From: Botryllus schlosseri
Lineage: Eukaryota
Reading direction: 5' to 3'
Assembly: GCA_051294905.1 (NCBI GenBank)
Contig: CM119372.1
Span: 14,944,001 to 15,008,000, forward strand
DNA: 64,000 nt
The notes under the pieces were generated by a model that saw only the letters and a program-made list of their open reading frames with translations, did not search any database and had not been told where the DNA came from. This document shows, in pieces, positions 38,001 to 50,701 of the stretch. The stretch's first letter is position 1. The number at the start of each line of letters is the position of its first letter. The translations under genes were made by a program, and so were the position numbers.

Positions 38001-41000
38001 CGTGAGCAAGCAGCCCGCGAGAATGTAAGTTATTGAATCCTATTTTTGCAATTAAATGCGGATGTAGCTTGGGTAATTTCCTCCGTTGTCGTATCGAATT
38101 TCTAATTTAGATGTTATTTCCTTATTATGCTGTATCAGCCTGGGTTGGTGCGCGAATGTCAAAGGCTGATTGCTGTTGACTCTTACCTCTTGCTTTTGCA
38201 GTGGGATCCAGACAGACTGACGACTGAAACCAAATTCATCATGGGAACCAGGGCAAACAAGTTCGTGTTGTATATCTGTTGCGTTGACGCTTTCTTTCAT
38301 TCGTGGATAATATTTTTGTAGAGCTCTGGGATTGGGCGCTACTCGAGGACGAATATACATGAAGCATCCGGAATTGTTCAAAGTAAGTTCAAACTCTATA
38401 GCAGGGGTTCTCAACTTCCCTCGTATAACGGGCCGCATTTTACCATCAAAAGACGCTGCGGGCCGCAGAACATATTCACCATGTATTTGTGGGCTACTAT
38501 TAAATTTAGGGTATTGGAGCCTATTTATCAGTCGTATGCGGGTATTTCTTACATTTTAATGCATTCTAGAGCAGGCGCAGCCAACCTTTTCGGCCAAAGG
38601 GCCACATGACATTTAAGAACCATTGCGCGGGCCACTTGAATGTTGATGACCTTAGTCGTCCGATTGGAGCGAACTGAATTAGGTAACGTTGAAAACAAAA
38701 CTTATATTACTACGCGTTATAATTTATATAATTATGTCATGAAAACTCGGTGTTTAACTGTGCAGTGTGCAACCATGTCCTGGTCGCGCGAAGCGTGAAA
38801 TATTTTTAAAGGTAGTGAATGAATTCGATCAATATATATGTTACTAGCATATATTGGGGGTCGCCTCTGTATACCACTGGGTTCATTTGGTAAGGACAGG
38901 ATTATTCGGCGTTGAGACATAGCAATACCGAAGGTTTCCGTGAACAAACCTCTATCATTTTTGCAAATGTTTCATCGCCGACGATCTGAGCTGCGAAGTC
39001 GCATGTTGGATGACACGTTATCTCCTAATTGCGAATATATTTAGATTCAAAACTAAAAATTAGTCGAATTTATAATGTTCAGGAGGGGCTCCAATACTAA
39101 ATGCAAGAAATCGAGTGACAACAAATCAAGCGAAATGCGAAATATTCTACTTCATGGTTATATACAAAGATCTGCGATAAATGCGACTTGCCCCTGGCTA
39201 CGCCAATGAGTTGGAACTGATCGTTTAGTCATCATCAAATTTCATGGTCAGGCTAATCAAATTTTGGTTGGCCTTGCAATTATCTGATGTTAATGTAACT
39301 AATTTCGAAACCTTCTCGTGGACCACATTTGGCCCGCGGGCCAAGGGTTGGCCGTTCCTGCATTGCATTCGTTGCCAAGTCGGTATATGCACCTCCAAAC
39401 CCTTCCACCAGAGAACCGAACTCTCTGTTCCAGTGCGTGAGCGAGCAAGTATAAAATTACGGTAACTTCTTCGTTGAGAGGCCATTATCACTTTTAGCTC
39501 TCAGTTATATGAGAAGAAGTCACGCGTTTGAACTAATTTCCGAGGAAACCATTCAGCCCTTCTCCTTTTCTTCCATGGCCGGAGCGCTGCGCCAATAGTT
39601 ACAGAAGTCAGCTTTGTCAAGTTAATGTTTTTCACTGGTCCCCTTCCCAAGTTTGCCCAGTCAGCATTTCCTCCAGAAATATGTCCAGTGTAATGAAATG
39701 CACCTGGATAATTAGCTTAGCAGTGTGTGTGAAGTAGGTGGATTCGTCCAATGCTAGGCTAAAGTAGTCTACGTGACAACATGTTCAAGAACATGCGATA
39801 AAAATTCGACTTGCATTGCTGTAATCTTCTGGTAACTATTCGTTTGTTCAATCACACAACTGTAGCTACGAACTTTGTCGAGTGATGTTGGCCTTGCTGT
39901 CAAATTCCGGAAACAGCGAATATACGGACAGTACCTTAAAATTTTATTGAAGTCACATCTTCTCTAGTATATTCCTGGGTTTTGCAATATTCCAAGTAAT
40001 TTTGAACAATGCTTCTGTAACGTCGTCGACAATATTAACAATGCCTCGAAATGTGGCTGCTGAGCATGACACCCAACTAACAACGTTTTCTTTAATATCA
40101 GACGATATGTATAACTCCAGAAGAAACGATCGCGGCATAATTTTAAGCTTCTACGCTTCGTTACAACAACTGTTCTTCGACAAATATGACACATTGGTCT
40201 TCTATAACAATACTGTGCCAGTAGTAATTGCGTTCATAATGAAAGATGTCGCGGGCCGCAAAATAACCGTCCGCGGGTTGAGAACCCCTGCTCTATAGCA
40301 TGTATATTTTTTTATGTCTAGGCGGATCATGTGTTGTACCACTAATATGGGCGGAACATTTATGAATGTCCGCGATTATTTTCTGGTATATCAATGTGGT
40401 TGGATTCAGTTTCATATGCAGATAATCTTGCATGGATATAGGACCTCGACTTGAATTCCTTATCTCGGCAGTCAGCATCTTTAATATATTCTTCTTGAAG
40501 ACTATTTTCCCGGATCATGATAGATTATGGCCAATACGACCCCAAATTATCTACTGTGATGTTACTTTCCACCCATTTATGATGTTCAAAATTTTGTATG
40601 ACTTGTTGCATGTTGTTGTCAATGTCTCAGTGCATCGTAGAAGCTCTTGAAAGCTTTCACATCTTCTTGAATGCGCAGCCAGATAAAAGATGCTTGCAGA
40701 AGTTTTCAAAGAAATTCCCATCACAGTGAGATGTGGAGTCGCCGAGCCTGCTATTTTTCGATTTCATTTGTGTAGTTTCTGCATTGTTTGGTCGCTGAAT
40801 GTTGTCTCTTATGTAGTATATTTGGTTATATGTTTCATTTTAAGTCAGAGCACAATATTTATTCAAGAATGTTAAGTTGTTTACATACTCCAGCAGCAAT
40901 TTGAAGTGGGAAAGTTTTTGTAGTTCTGTAATCTATGTAATATTGTTAGTTTTGGAGGCATTTCTGGCGATCGATGGATTTCTGCTTTATTTCAGTATTC

Positions 41001-43631
41001 TAGCGATCCGGAAGATAAAAAGTGGATGGTGAAAAACAATTGCATGATGGCCACGGGAGGGAAAAATGTGAGTGATCAATGTTCTTCAAGTCTCGACGGC
41101 ATCACCTTTCAGAAGTATCCCATGCAGCGGAACTTGTTGCTTTTCCTGGCCCACATATGTGCCATTCGATCACCGAGTACACCGCAATTTTTTTTTTTAG
41201 TTCAAGTCTATATTTTGCTCGAAGTGATATGCCCGCCATCCAAGAACTTTTCCTCTGCTACATTTTCTAATCCGGCTCCATCACCGGCAGTAACTAACAC
41301 TCCCCCATTTGCAGACTTTCATACTCATCGCTGATGACATATATGACCTTTTAGAGAACGAATACAAGTAAGTGTGTGCAACTTTGCATTTTTCATAGGT
41401 TAAATACCGTAACAAATGATCAAATTATGCGCCGATTCAGTCGAAAGGAAAATTATATTAAGCTAATTTCGTACGCATTCTGCGCTGTTCAGCTACATTT
41501 CAGCTGTGGCAGTTGCTGACTTGGTAACTTTCTTCCATTACAAGATTACGTTTCAAATTACAAGCCTAGTGATCCACATTCCCGATTGTTAGGTGGCCTG
41601 CTGTCGTTGAAATACAGCAGGGTTGTAACCAAGTCACAAGGCTCCGAGTCACAAGTCAATCTCAGTTTTATAGTTTTGACTCGAGTCAAGTCGAGTCATT
41701 TTCAATTCACCACCGAGTCAAGTCCGAGTCCAAGTCACCGAGCAGAGGTTCGAGTCCGAGTCATGGTATTATGACTCGAGTCGAGTCCAAGTCATTATGT
41801 TGACTTCCCAGTTTACAGTTAAAGGCTTGTTGAATCCACTTTTTATAACTCCGTTTGGTGATATCGAATGGTTCGCATTTATAATATACTAATTTTCGTC
41901 ATTTTTAGCAGTTTCTGGACGTGTTTTCAAGTACCAGTACCAATAGACGAAATCCCCATAGTGTGATTACTGTACTATTCCTCGAAATTATAATGAAACG
42001 TCGGTCTTGGCCGTCTGAGTCTCGAGTCATTTGACTTGGTTCGAGTCAAGCACAATGACTCGAGTCCAAGTCAAGCACAATGACTCGAGTCCAAGTCGAG
42101 TCAATACACAAATTGACTCGAGTCGAGTCATTTCCGTATTTTGAGAAAATGACTCGAGTCAAGTCGAGTCATCTGAAAAACGTGACTCGAGTCGAGTCAT
42201 GACTCGAGTCATTACAACCCTAAAAATACAGGCCCATGTTGGCGCTGAACTAGAGAATTGAGTAGGCATAGTAACCTGGTGAAGTTCACCTAATGAAGTT
42301 AACCTAATGATATCAGCTGACAATTTTCTCTGGTGCTCAAGGTCTTATCCCGGTGTGTAGGCCTACTGTGTAGTAACTAACTGAATGACGTGCGTGCTAG
42401 CAATTAGGTCTGATTATTTTAGCGCGTGCTACACACTCGGTTATAGGACTAGTAAAGCCATCGAAAAGCAAGCATTCGTGCACAGTTCTCTGTGGCGATC
42501 GCGGTCGCCCTCTTCTATGCGATGGTTAATTACACCGCCACCTCCATGTGTCAGTGAAAAAACAAGCCATGAAAAAGAGTAGTAACGTGCTCCACGAAGT
42601 CTATGTGACGTCATAAAGACAAAATATGCTACTCAAGGTGAATCCCCCTTTGATCTCGGCTGGATATGATAGTGCTGCGGACGTTACCCGAATGTCACCC
42701 TTTTCTCAGGGAAAGCCCGCACGTCATAAGAGAGGAGATGCAAGTTTTTAAGTTGCCTGAGTTCATCCTTCAAAAGATGCGAAATCTGATGGGGAAAGAG
42801 AAAAAACTGGCGTTGAAGCTAGCAAGCAAACCTACTCCGCCAAAGTCTGACTCGCAAACAAGATCAGGTAATTCACGACACAAATTAGGTTGTCCGACCT
42901 CTGTTCGCCGCAATTTTCTATCCTGGCAGTGTCCAGTTTGACTTGGCGTTAGCTTTTATTCCAGTGTAATGAAGCCGTTATGTTATGTATATTTGATATT
43001 TCCGTTGCTTCCATATGAAACAGACATAGATATAGACCTCTCGTGGGTTCAGAACTGCAGAAGAAACCAACTGCTCAAAAACATGCCTTTTGAACATGAG
43101 TAATCTACTTGATACTGGAGTATTAATCGGTATCGGTTATAGAAGTGGTAAAAGTAGTCTGTGTTGCTACTAAAGGAGAAGTAATATGGCAGATATCTAC
43201 TCAATTACAAGTATAAATTGTGATTTCCAAGACATGTAAAGCTACTTCAAGTTGCAGTAGCGAATGAAGGTAATTTCAAAAAACCGATTTGGTAGGGCGG
43301 TCACATACTATAAAGTGGGCTACTGTACAATGTACGTACATATTAGGTGTATATTTATTCATTGTTCATTTTGATATTATGTTATTCATAACCAGCCGAA
43401 TCCAGCCCGTATGCTGACGCCAAGTCTACCCAGCACTCGCCATCTCCGGTACAGCATTCCAAACGAACGGCCGCCGAGAAAGCCACCGCCGTCATCATCA
43501 AGGACGAATACGCCGCGGCCAGCACTTCCGCCGTGAGGTATATCGACCAATCGGATCCCGACAGCTCGTCTATTGATGACGGTAGCGGCTCCGACTACGA
43601 TGGAGATGATGGCGGTCACAGGAAGAATTGA
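32052..43631 (+). CDS. DNTTIP1: Deoxynucleotidyltransferase terminal-interacting protein 1 homologue (TdIF1, MiDAC complex subunit), about 450 aa
   Basis: Phase-consistent exons 32052-32159, 32232-32408, 33196-33291, 36452-36587, 37208-37275, 37337-37387, (candidate 37744-37830), 37950-38024, 38202-38260, 38322-38382, 40996-41067, 41315-41367, 42710-42867, 43396-43631. Recognised dimerisation domain (SLDLVRTVLQPAINYDIVEVFKKY...AAENV...LCCDALDHCKTLF) and C-terminal domain (WDPDRLTTETKFIMGTRANKALGLGATRGRIYMKHPELFKYSSDPEDKKW...ATGGK...FKLPEFILQKMR). Confidence 0.93.
32947..32976 (-). ncRNA. Minimal hammerhead ribozyme core, probably decayed (Penelope-type)
   Basis: - strand reads CUGAUGA-G-UGUCAGC-C-GAAA-AGCU-UC; the stem I 3' partner is missing. 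Confidence 0.55.
34783..35585. mobile_element. hAT (Charlie-like) MITE; family also at about 38571-39360 and 53301-53930
   Basis: CAGGGGTGGGCAAC / GGCTGGCCACACTTG termini; flanks ATCTACAT/ATCTGTAT; long internal similarity to 38571-39360. Confidence 0.8.
38402..40290 (-). mobile_element. hAT element with decayed transposase and a nested MITE (about 38571-39360), in a DNTTIP1 intron
   Basis: TIR CAGGGGTTCTCAAC; exact 8-bp TSD CTCTATAG; - strand relics DYFSLALDEST (about 39735-39772) and APAM (about 39575-39590) typical of Buster/SPIN-type hAT transposases. Confidence 0.88.
41618..42221 (+). mobile_element. GACTCGAGTC-rich hAT-type MITE
   Basis: CAGGGTTGTAA ... TTACAACCCT termini; AAATACAG repeated at both flanks; many GACTC/GAGTC subterminal repeats. 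Confidence 0.85.
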
Positions 43632-45120
43632 ACTCTCGTTCAAGTCGCGCAACAAGCCACTGTCCAGGATGCAACCAGAAAGATTGTGGAGCAGTGGCAA
43701 ATGTTACAGATCAGCGTGGGACAGATTTTCTGGCCCGGTCTTACAGACCAACGCATTCTATTATACTTAGCGTAGTTAGCAGGGCCGTGGAGTCGGTGCA
43801 GTCTATATCCAATTCTTGAAACGTGACCTCATCCACTTGCGACTCCAGATCTGATCTTCTTCATACAATTCGATTCTGACAGTCAGATGAATTTCATGGT
43901 CCTTGAACATATGAGCAATTGAGCATGCGACATAATAGCATGCGACACTTTGACCTCGGCATGCGACACATGAGCGTGTGGGGTAAATTACGGATTAGAG
44001 GTGGGTTAGGGTTACGATATATATAAGGGTTAATTTCATGCTCGTATGTCGGGCAACCGATTTTCATATTGTAAAAAATTCCAAAAGAATACCCTATACT
44101 TAAATAATTGAATGTGATTAAAAGCAGAACAAGTGCAGTCCTGTTTAGGAGAGGTACAAATGAAACGCAAGGGATACAATTATATTGTTTTTAATCCACT
44201 CCTAATGAGAAAATCACAATACGAGTACACGAATGAGATTTTCCTATTGGAACGACTTACTCAAGTATTCTTGGACTGCTTTTGATCTTGTTAAGTGAAG
44301 AGTTGTGCTCGAATGAATTTGCATCTGTTTTATGAGTGACATTTCCTCAACTACCGGGCAATATAGCCACTCTGATACCGTGACAATGAACAATTTTGCA
44401 CGCATATGTCGATTAATCAGTAATTTTTTGTTGGTTAGAAAGATGCACTTCGATTGATCATAATTTGTATAAACCAGGTTACCAACAATGTCACTAATAA
44501 CGGTAATAATTGCTTTTATAATGCCTCCTATTATATTTGCTATATTTAACGACATTTAAAAGCAGTTGACTTCGCATTAGAGTAGTCGGACAAACTCAAT
44601 CCGTTTGATATTGCCCAGGTACAGCTCGGAGGGGCACTAGAAGAAATTTGTTACTCCCACTCCACAGCCCTGGTTAACGCTATCGACTTGTGATTAACAT
44701 CGAAATTGAGCTTCTGATAACCTATAATGTGCCGTTTTTATTGTTAATAAAATCACATGATTATTCTCGTTACTTTTGTGTGTATATGTAATTTGGGTTG
44801 AGCATATCGCAGGCAAAATCATCGGGTTTAATTTTCTTGTAGCAAGGGCCGACGGCCGTTGAGGGATGAGGGTCCATGTCTTTAAAATCCAACGGGAATG
44901 ACAATATAATCATGACTAGACGCTACGTTTTTCCGCAATCCGTCGTGACGTAGTCAGTATTGTTAGGGTAGTCATGTGCAAATAGACATTTCAGGTTTCC
45001 AGATGCATGTACTGTCAAAATCTAGAACAGTTTGTTTGTTGGCCAAACTGCGGGAACATAGGTGGTTTCGCGGAAATGTTTAATTATCTGGACCAAATGG
45101 GTCTGGAATATCTAGAATTG

Positions 45121-45265
45121 AGCGAGATAGTGTAATGGTTATGCGTCCGGCTTCTCGAGCGGTAGGTCGTGGGTTCTATCCCCGGCCGGATCATACCAAA
45201 GACTCGAAAAATGGTATCCGCAGCTATCCTGCTAGGCGCTCAGCAATCACGGATAGCATGGAGGA
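45121..45265 (+). mobile_element. tRNA-derived SINE with a Meta-domain-like central region
   Basis: A-box TAGTGTAATGG, B-box GGTTCTATCCC, then TCATACCAAAGACTCGAAAAATGGTATCCGCAGCTATCCTGCTAGGCGCTCAGCA. This resembles the MetaSINE conserved domain (recalled, not aligned). Partial copies at about 47470-47550 and 52822-52936. Confidence 0.75.
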
Positions 45266-47043
45266 GAAAAAAAAACGGGGGCGCAGACTAGATGACCTCA
45301 TGGGGCCGTATCGCAACTCCGTCGCCAAAGCATCTCGATGGTGCAGGCGAGAAAGAATATCATGTCTCTCTCTGAATACGATATTCGAATATCGCAGGTC
45401 CCGCCATAACTTGTAAGTGGTTACAATGTACAGCGAGAATGAAAATTTTGCCGTCACGGATTTATTATGATCATGTAGTTTGTAGTATCATTCATCAGTT
45501 ACAATACTCAAATATAAAAATGTCAAGAGTATTTTGTTGGCTTGGTAGGATGCGTGTGTCTTTCGCCAAATGATTTGTTAGAAATCAGGCGCTTTCTGTG
45601 TGAAGTCGAATATATGTCTTACTTCAAAACTCAGATTACGTAGGCTGCGGTACATCTCCCACATTTCACGACACATCGAACGCTTTGTAATAAGATCAAA
45701 ACTCGACGGCAGCTCGTGAAAAAGACGTGTGTGAAGGCATTTTGATTAGATCAGAAAGCCCATATTATATTTCGATAATTAGCATCCCGCAATGCTTCCC
45801 AGCGAAGAGTATATAGGAAAGCGAGACAACGAGGCAAAGGTCTAGCGACGTGATCTATTTACCAACAACTACTATCTCATTTGGGAATCGTGTGTTTACT
45901 AATGTTCTTATGCGTCGAAGAAGTGAATTACTAGATTTACCACTGCTCATTATGCTTTGGAAACAAACTTTTGTTCATCTTGACAGCCTAACAATAATAT
46001 TTGGCGACTGTGTCAACATTAGTCGTTGGTTGATTCATTCATTCACTACTGTGTGAATGGGCTTAAAGACTTGAAGGGGGAAACAATACGAATGGCTTGT
46101 CGGGGCTTGATGATCGGAGTGGCTCGCTTTTAGCGCAGGGCGAACCTCTTTAGGGTATGTGAATATCTGACGTACCTACTCGACACAGTGTGGTTGTGGT
46201 CATAATAGCTACGGGAGGTAACGGTAAAGTAGACAATATAAATTGAGAGTTTGATCTTCACGCAAATCGTCGTCTTCGGTAATTAATGAACTTATTTCTG
46301 TTATTTAGGAGCTGCTGGCACGCGTGTAGTAGAGGCTATTGTATGGAATGCTTGATATTCGAGTATTGCAACTAAACAGCTCACAACCGGTGTTTAGAAC
46401 CTCGACGAGAATAAAAAAACAGCTATTCATAATACTGGTCATAGTGTGTTAAAAGCAGACCTGTTCAAATTATTGCCGTATGAGGCCACGTCCTCATACA
46501 ATGCCTAAGATGCAGTGTAAATCGAAGCAACAAAGCTGTGAGACCAAGTCGTCTGCCATGCCAAAGTGGCTAGGTAATGTATGCTCATGCTCAATTACAA
46601 GGTCACAGTTATATATAGAAGCAGTGCCTTTGAGGAGGCCAAAAGTACTCAATCAAATTGGTTGAGTTAGGCCTATTGCTATGTAGCGAACGCGCAATTT
46701 CAAATGGCTGTCCAGTGTCCATGTGTCCATGTGCCCGTCGACGTGGTAGTAGCCGCTAACCGGCTATGTGAGCTTACCTAACCAAGGTACAATATCTACT
46801 ACATTCCATAAGGTTTGGAATGAATCTGAGGGCACTTATGACGTACCAAATACCAATATACCTTTTCACGACAATACAAGAGCGGATTAATGATCGAATC
46901 ATATTATGCTGCCATTGACTGACTCGGCGCTCGACCGCTTGTAAGACAATAGTTTGAACCTATCGGACTATCTATCAGTATAAAGTACATGGATATTGTT
47001 ACGCAAATTTCATCTCTATGACAGTTCTACATAGCATTTGAGA

Positions 47044-47906
47044 ATGACGGGGAAACGAAACTGCGGCTTGAGTTTGTGTCAAGACACCATCGATGTAGAC
47101 CTCCTTGAACATGCCAGGCGGGGACTTGTTAGAGTTCACAAATCGATGCCGACTGCATGCGAAGGTCGATTGGACTCGCAAGGTATAGGCTTACCGTTCC
47201 GTTCTTAGAGGCATAAGCTACTACACAGTACACACACATTATCAAATTACCCACGCGGCCTGCTTGTTGGATTTTCCAATCCGACTCGCCGACTTGTCGA
47301 GACCACACTACCGTGCATTCACATCATTAATGGCTCCAATAGATATCTCACGAAAGATGGAATCATTCTTGAGTTAACTGTTACCTACCCGATCCTTTGA
47401 GACTTTCTTAGATATGGTTCAAACATTCTGTCAGGAATATTGATCCAGGAAGCCTTAAAACCACGGCGGGGTGAGACCAAAGACCTGATCAGTAGCCTAA
47501 AACTAGTATCCGTGGCTTTCCCGTTAGGCGTTCAACATTTTCGGAATAGTCTATATGGCGTATCGACATTTTGATGATTGACATGCCCAATGGTATAGCA
47601 TTTTTGTAATAGTAGCCTATATAAGTGCAATGTTCGCGTTATAGGAAATAGCAAAGGAAGATCCCCTGCAAATAACCAATCGTCCAAAGATAACGTTGCT
47701 GAACCGTCCCAACAACAGAAGCAGGAAAAGATTGTGAATTATATCAGTATTAAAGCGCCGCCAAAGCGCACCGTCTTCTACGAGCACAGCAAGCGAGGGT
47801 TGAAATACTGGTACGACGACTCGGCAAAAAAGAAATGTGAGTTACACATAAAAGCTATACTGACGCAGTGAATCCAAATTCGTTTTCTTCACTTCAAACA
47901 ATAGGA
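47044..47906 (+). CDS. Candidate small unrecognised protein (110 aa), three exons, stop codon T|GA split by the last intron
   Basis: Exons 47044-47182, 47645-47836 and 47905-47906 with GT-AG sites and matching phases (1, 1). The 68-nt last intron is typical of this genome. An acceptor at 47024 precedes the ATG. No recognised homology. Confidence 0.45.
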
Positions 47907-48537
47907 TGTAAAGAAATATACGGGGCGAGACTATTCGGCGCCATGTCGTACCAAAACAAATCGAGTTTGGGTCAACATGCGACACCACGAAGCCAAAAGG
48001 ACCCACTCTATAAACAGAGGCCCAAAATATCCATCGCATGTAGATCCCCATAATATTCTGGCTCCGCGAAGTGGCCAGAGCCGAAATCTCGTGTCCCAGA
48101 AATATATGAACAAGATATTCTAAAAATCCTGTTACGGATCGCGATGCAAACATTAAAACTGTAACGGTACAGCGCTGCGAAATACTGAAGGTGTTTAGCA
48201 ACGAAGTACTTCGCGTGTTTCAGAGTACTCTAGCGGGTTTAGATACTTTCAGACTGCTTCCGCACTTCTGCTCAAGAAGTTGTGACGCAAACTACTGTTG
48301 CCATGAAAAAGCAGTTTTTTAATTGGTTTGCGTCTGTTATGAGTGGAATTACCGTAACGACCGGGCGACATAGCCACTGTATTTTCGAAGATTGCGTTAT
48401 TTGTACTGTCATCTATGATCTTGTGTTCTCGCGAAGATGCGTCTTGAAATTTCGAAAAACTCCGATTTACTACTAAAGGTATGCGGTCGAAGACAGCCGA
48501 AAAAATCGATCACTAGCTGTCACATCGGGCATTAGAC

Positions 48538-49071
48538 CAGGGTTGTAATGACTCGAGTCACGATTTTTGGTGACTAGACTTGACTCGAGTCATTTTTTCA
48601 AATGGGAAAATGACTCGACTCAATTTGTGTATTGATTCGACTTGTACTCGAGTCATTGTGTATGACTCGAACCAAGTCATATGACTCGATACTAGGACGG
48701 TTAACAGACATTGTAACTTCGAAGGATAGGAAAGTCACCACATTATTGGTATTTCGTCTATCAGTCCTGATACTTGGAAAACAGGGCCAGAAACTGTTAG
48801 TAGGCTACTAAGGGCAAATTAGGATATTATGAGAGCCATTCTATATCACTCGAGCAGAGTTGAAAAAATGTGGATCGAACCATACACTGAACACAGTAAA
48901 CGCAATGACTTGGACTAGAGTCACAACACTATGACTCGGACTCGACCCTCTACTCACTGACTTGGCCTTGACCCGGTGGTGAATTGAAAATGACTCGACT
49001 TAACTCGAGTCAAAACTATAAAAGTGAGATTGACTTGTGACTCAGGACCTTGTGACTTGGTTACAACCGTG
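48538..49071 (-). mobile_element. GACTCGAGTC-rich hAT-type MITE (reverse copy)
   Basis: Reverse complement of the 41618-42221 family; flanks CATTAGAC/TATTAGAC. Confidence 0.85.
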
Positions 49072-50701
49072 TATTAGACCGAGGCGTATGCTACATTGAG
49101 ACACTGTACCTGGTAGTTTCGACACCTCCCTGTCTATTCGTTACATCGCATTGCATCATTGAGTTTCGCATTGTACATTGTGTCTTGAGCGGATAAAAAT
49201 AATACAACTGCCGTTTATACAAGTTAAGGTCATTCCCGCGCGTTCTTCAATATAAAAATAGTCAAATTTTAGTTTCGTTATCAGATCGTCGTCGCGACGC
49301 ATTACGAAATGCTCTGCAACCCAGGGTTCAAGCAGCCTACCACTGTGTTGAACAACATTGTCGATACTACTCCTTGAAATGTATTTACATATTAACCATA
49401 ATAAATGCGACGCGCAATTCCCAGCACGACTCGGTAGCATACAGCATAGCCTTGTACGAAATCTATCTTTCACCCAGTATTGTTCGGTCGGTCATTTTAG
49501 CGAGCAGTGCTATTTCTGTTAGCTATTTGAAATGATATGGTATTTTTCATAAACAAATCTTTTCAGTTCAAAACAAAAGTGTACTCGGGAGGACCGGAAC
49601 ATTACTCGGACTCGTCGACTCTCCCTACAAGTAGACCGAGCAACACAGGATCCGAATTTATAGCCCATAACTTTTGTTTTGTTTCTCTACATCGATTATC
49701 ATGCATCATATATATATTTAAATGAATTTATCCGAGTGTTGAGTGCGTCACCTGTATCGTATTGTGTCAAACAATAAATGATGAATACCTGACCAATTTA
49801 ATGTTGGCTAATATGGCTCGCCCTTTGGTGGTGGAGCGCCGTCAGTGCTGACATGTTATCAAGATTATACGCAAGAATGGGTGACTCCCGTTACATAGCA
49901 AGAAAGTATTGCATTTATTGTACCGGAATGCGATAACACATATGAGTAAAAGCATGAAATGCATTTTCACTTTCCAAGGTGAACTCCGAGCTAAAAAATA
50001 ATACACGTATTAGAGCAGACCGAAAATGACTTCGTTACTGGAAAAAATGCTTCATAAATTGAATGTACGTAAGCTTTCGAGGATAGCATCGATGCAGTAA
50101 TTATAGCCACCATGCATCCAACATCCTAAACACAAAGACAGTGGTTCGTAACCCCGATGATCAGTTCGTTTCCATTAACTAGAAGGAAAATCAATTAAAA
50201 TTAATGAATTCTGTCAGTAATATATGCGATTGACAGCCACTGCATAACTGCACATTTAGAACCAACGTTTCAAACTCATGTTTGTGTTCTAAGTACACTC
50301 ACAAGTCAAACTGTTCAGTACAATAGGCAACAAATGTTTTAAAAAACTGAACCCGCCTGATAAATTAATTGTTAGCTGTGTTATTAGCGTGGAAAATGAT
50401 GCATCAATGAATGATCATATTGCTATTGTATGCCAAATATCATGTGAAATTCGATTTACACGACACAAGATGTGGTGAAACGGAGATCTCCACTTACCGA
50501 GACAATCAAACTGCTGTCACCTCATCAAGACCACTCATCATTTTGGCAGCGGTTCTTTCAGCATACTCATGAACTGATAACTTTGTGCCTTCTATCGCCG
50601 ACTTTATATCCATTTTGGGAATCCGGCTACCTGCAAAGAGAAGAACATGATTGGAAGTTCAGTTGGCACAGTTGGTCAATCCAACCCCATTTTATCTGGA
50701 C

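Noticed and set aside
41201..41230. Duplicate DNTTIP1 exon (VYILLEV)
   Set aside because: No acceptor in the required phase; exon 41315-41367 matches the conserved sequence better.
37330..41340. BEL/Pao LTR gag-like motifs read on the - strand (e.g. LTCMKRAAIPSRC)
   Set aside because: These are largely antisense translations of DNTTIP1 exons and their flanks; the + strand frame is well supported and no LTRs were seen.
41618..42221. CRISPR-like array of GACTCGAGTC repeats
   Set aside because: Irregular spacing, no unique spacers, eukaryotic context, and bounded by TIRs; these are MITE subterminal repeats.
48100..48345. SECIS elements for the split UGA (ATGA motifs near 48105 and 48303)
   Set aside because: Spacing and helix II pairing do not fit the SECIS consensus on manual inspection.
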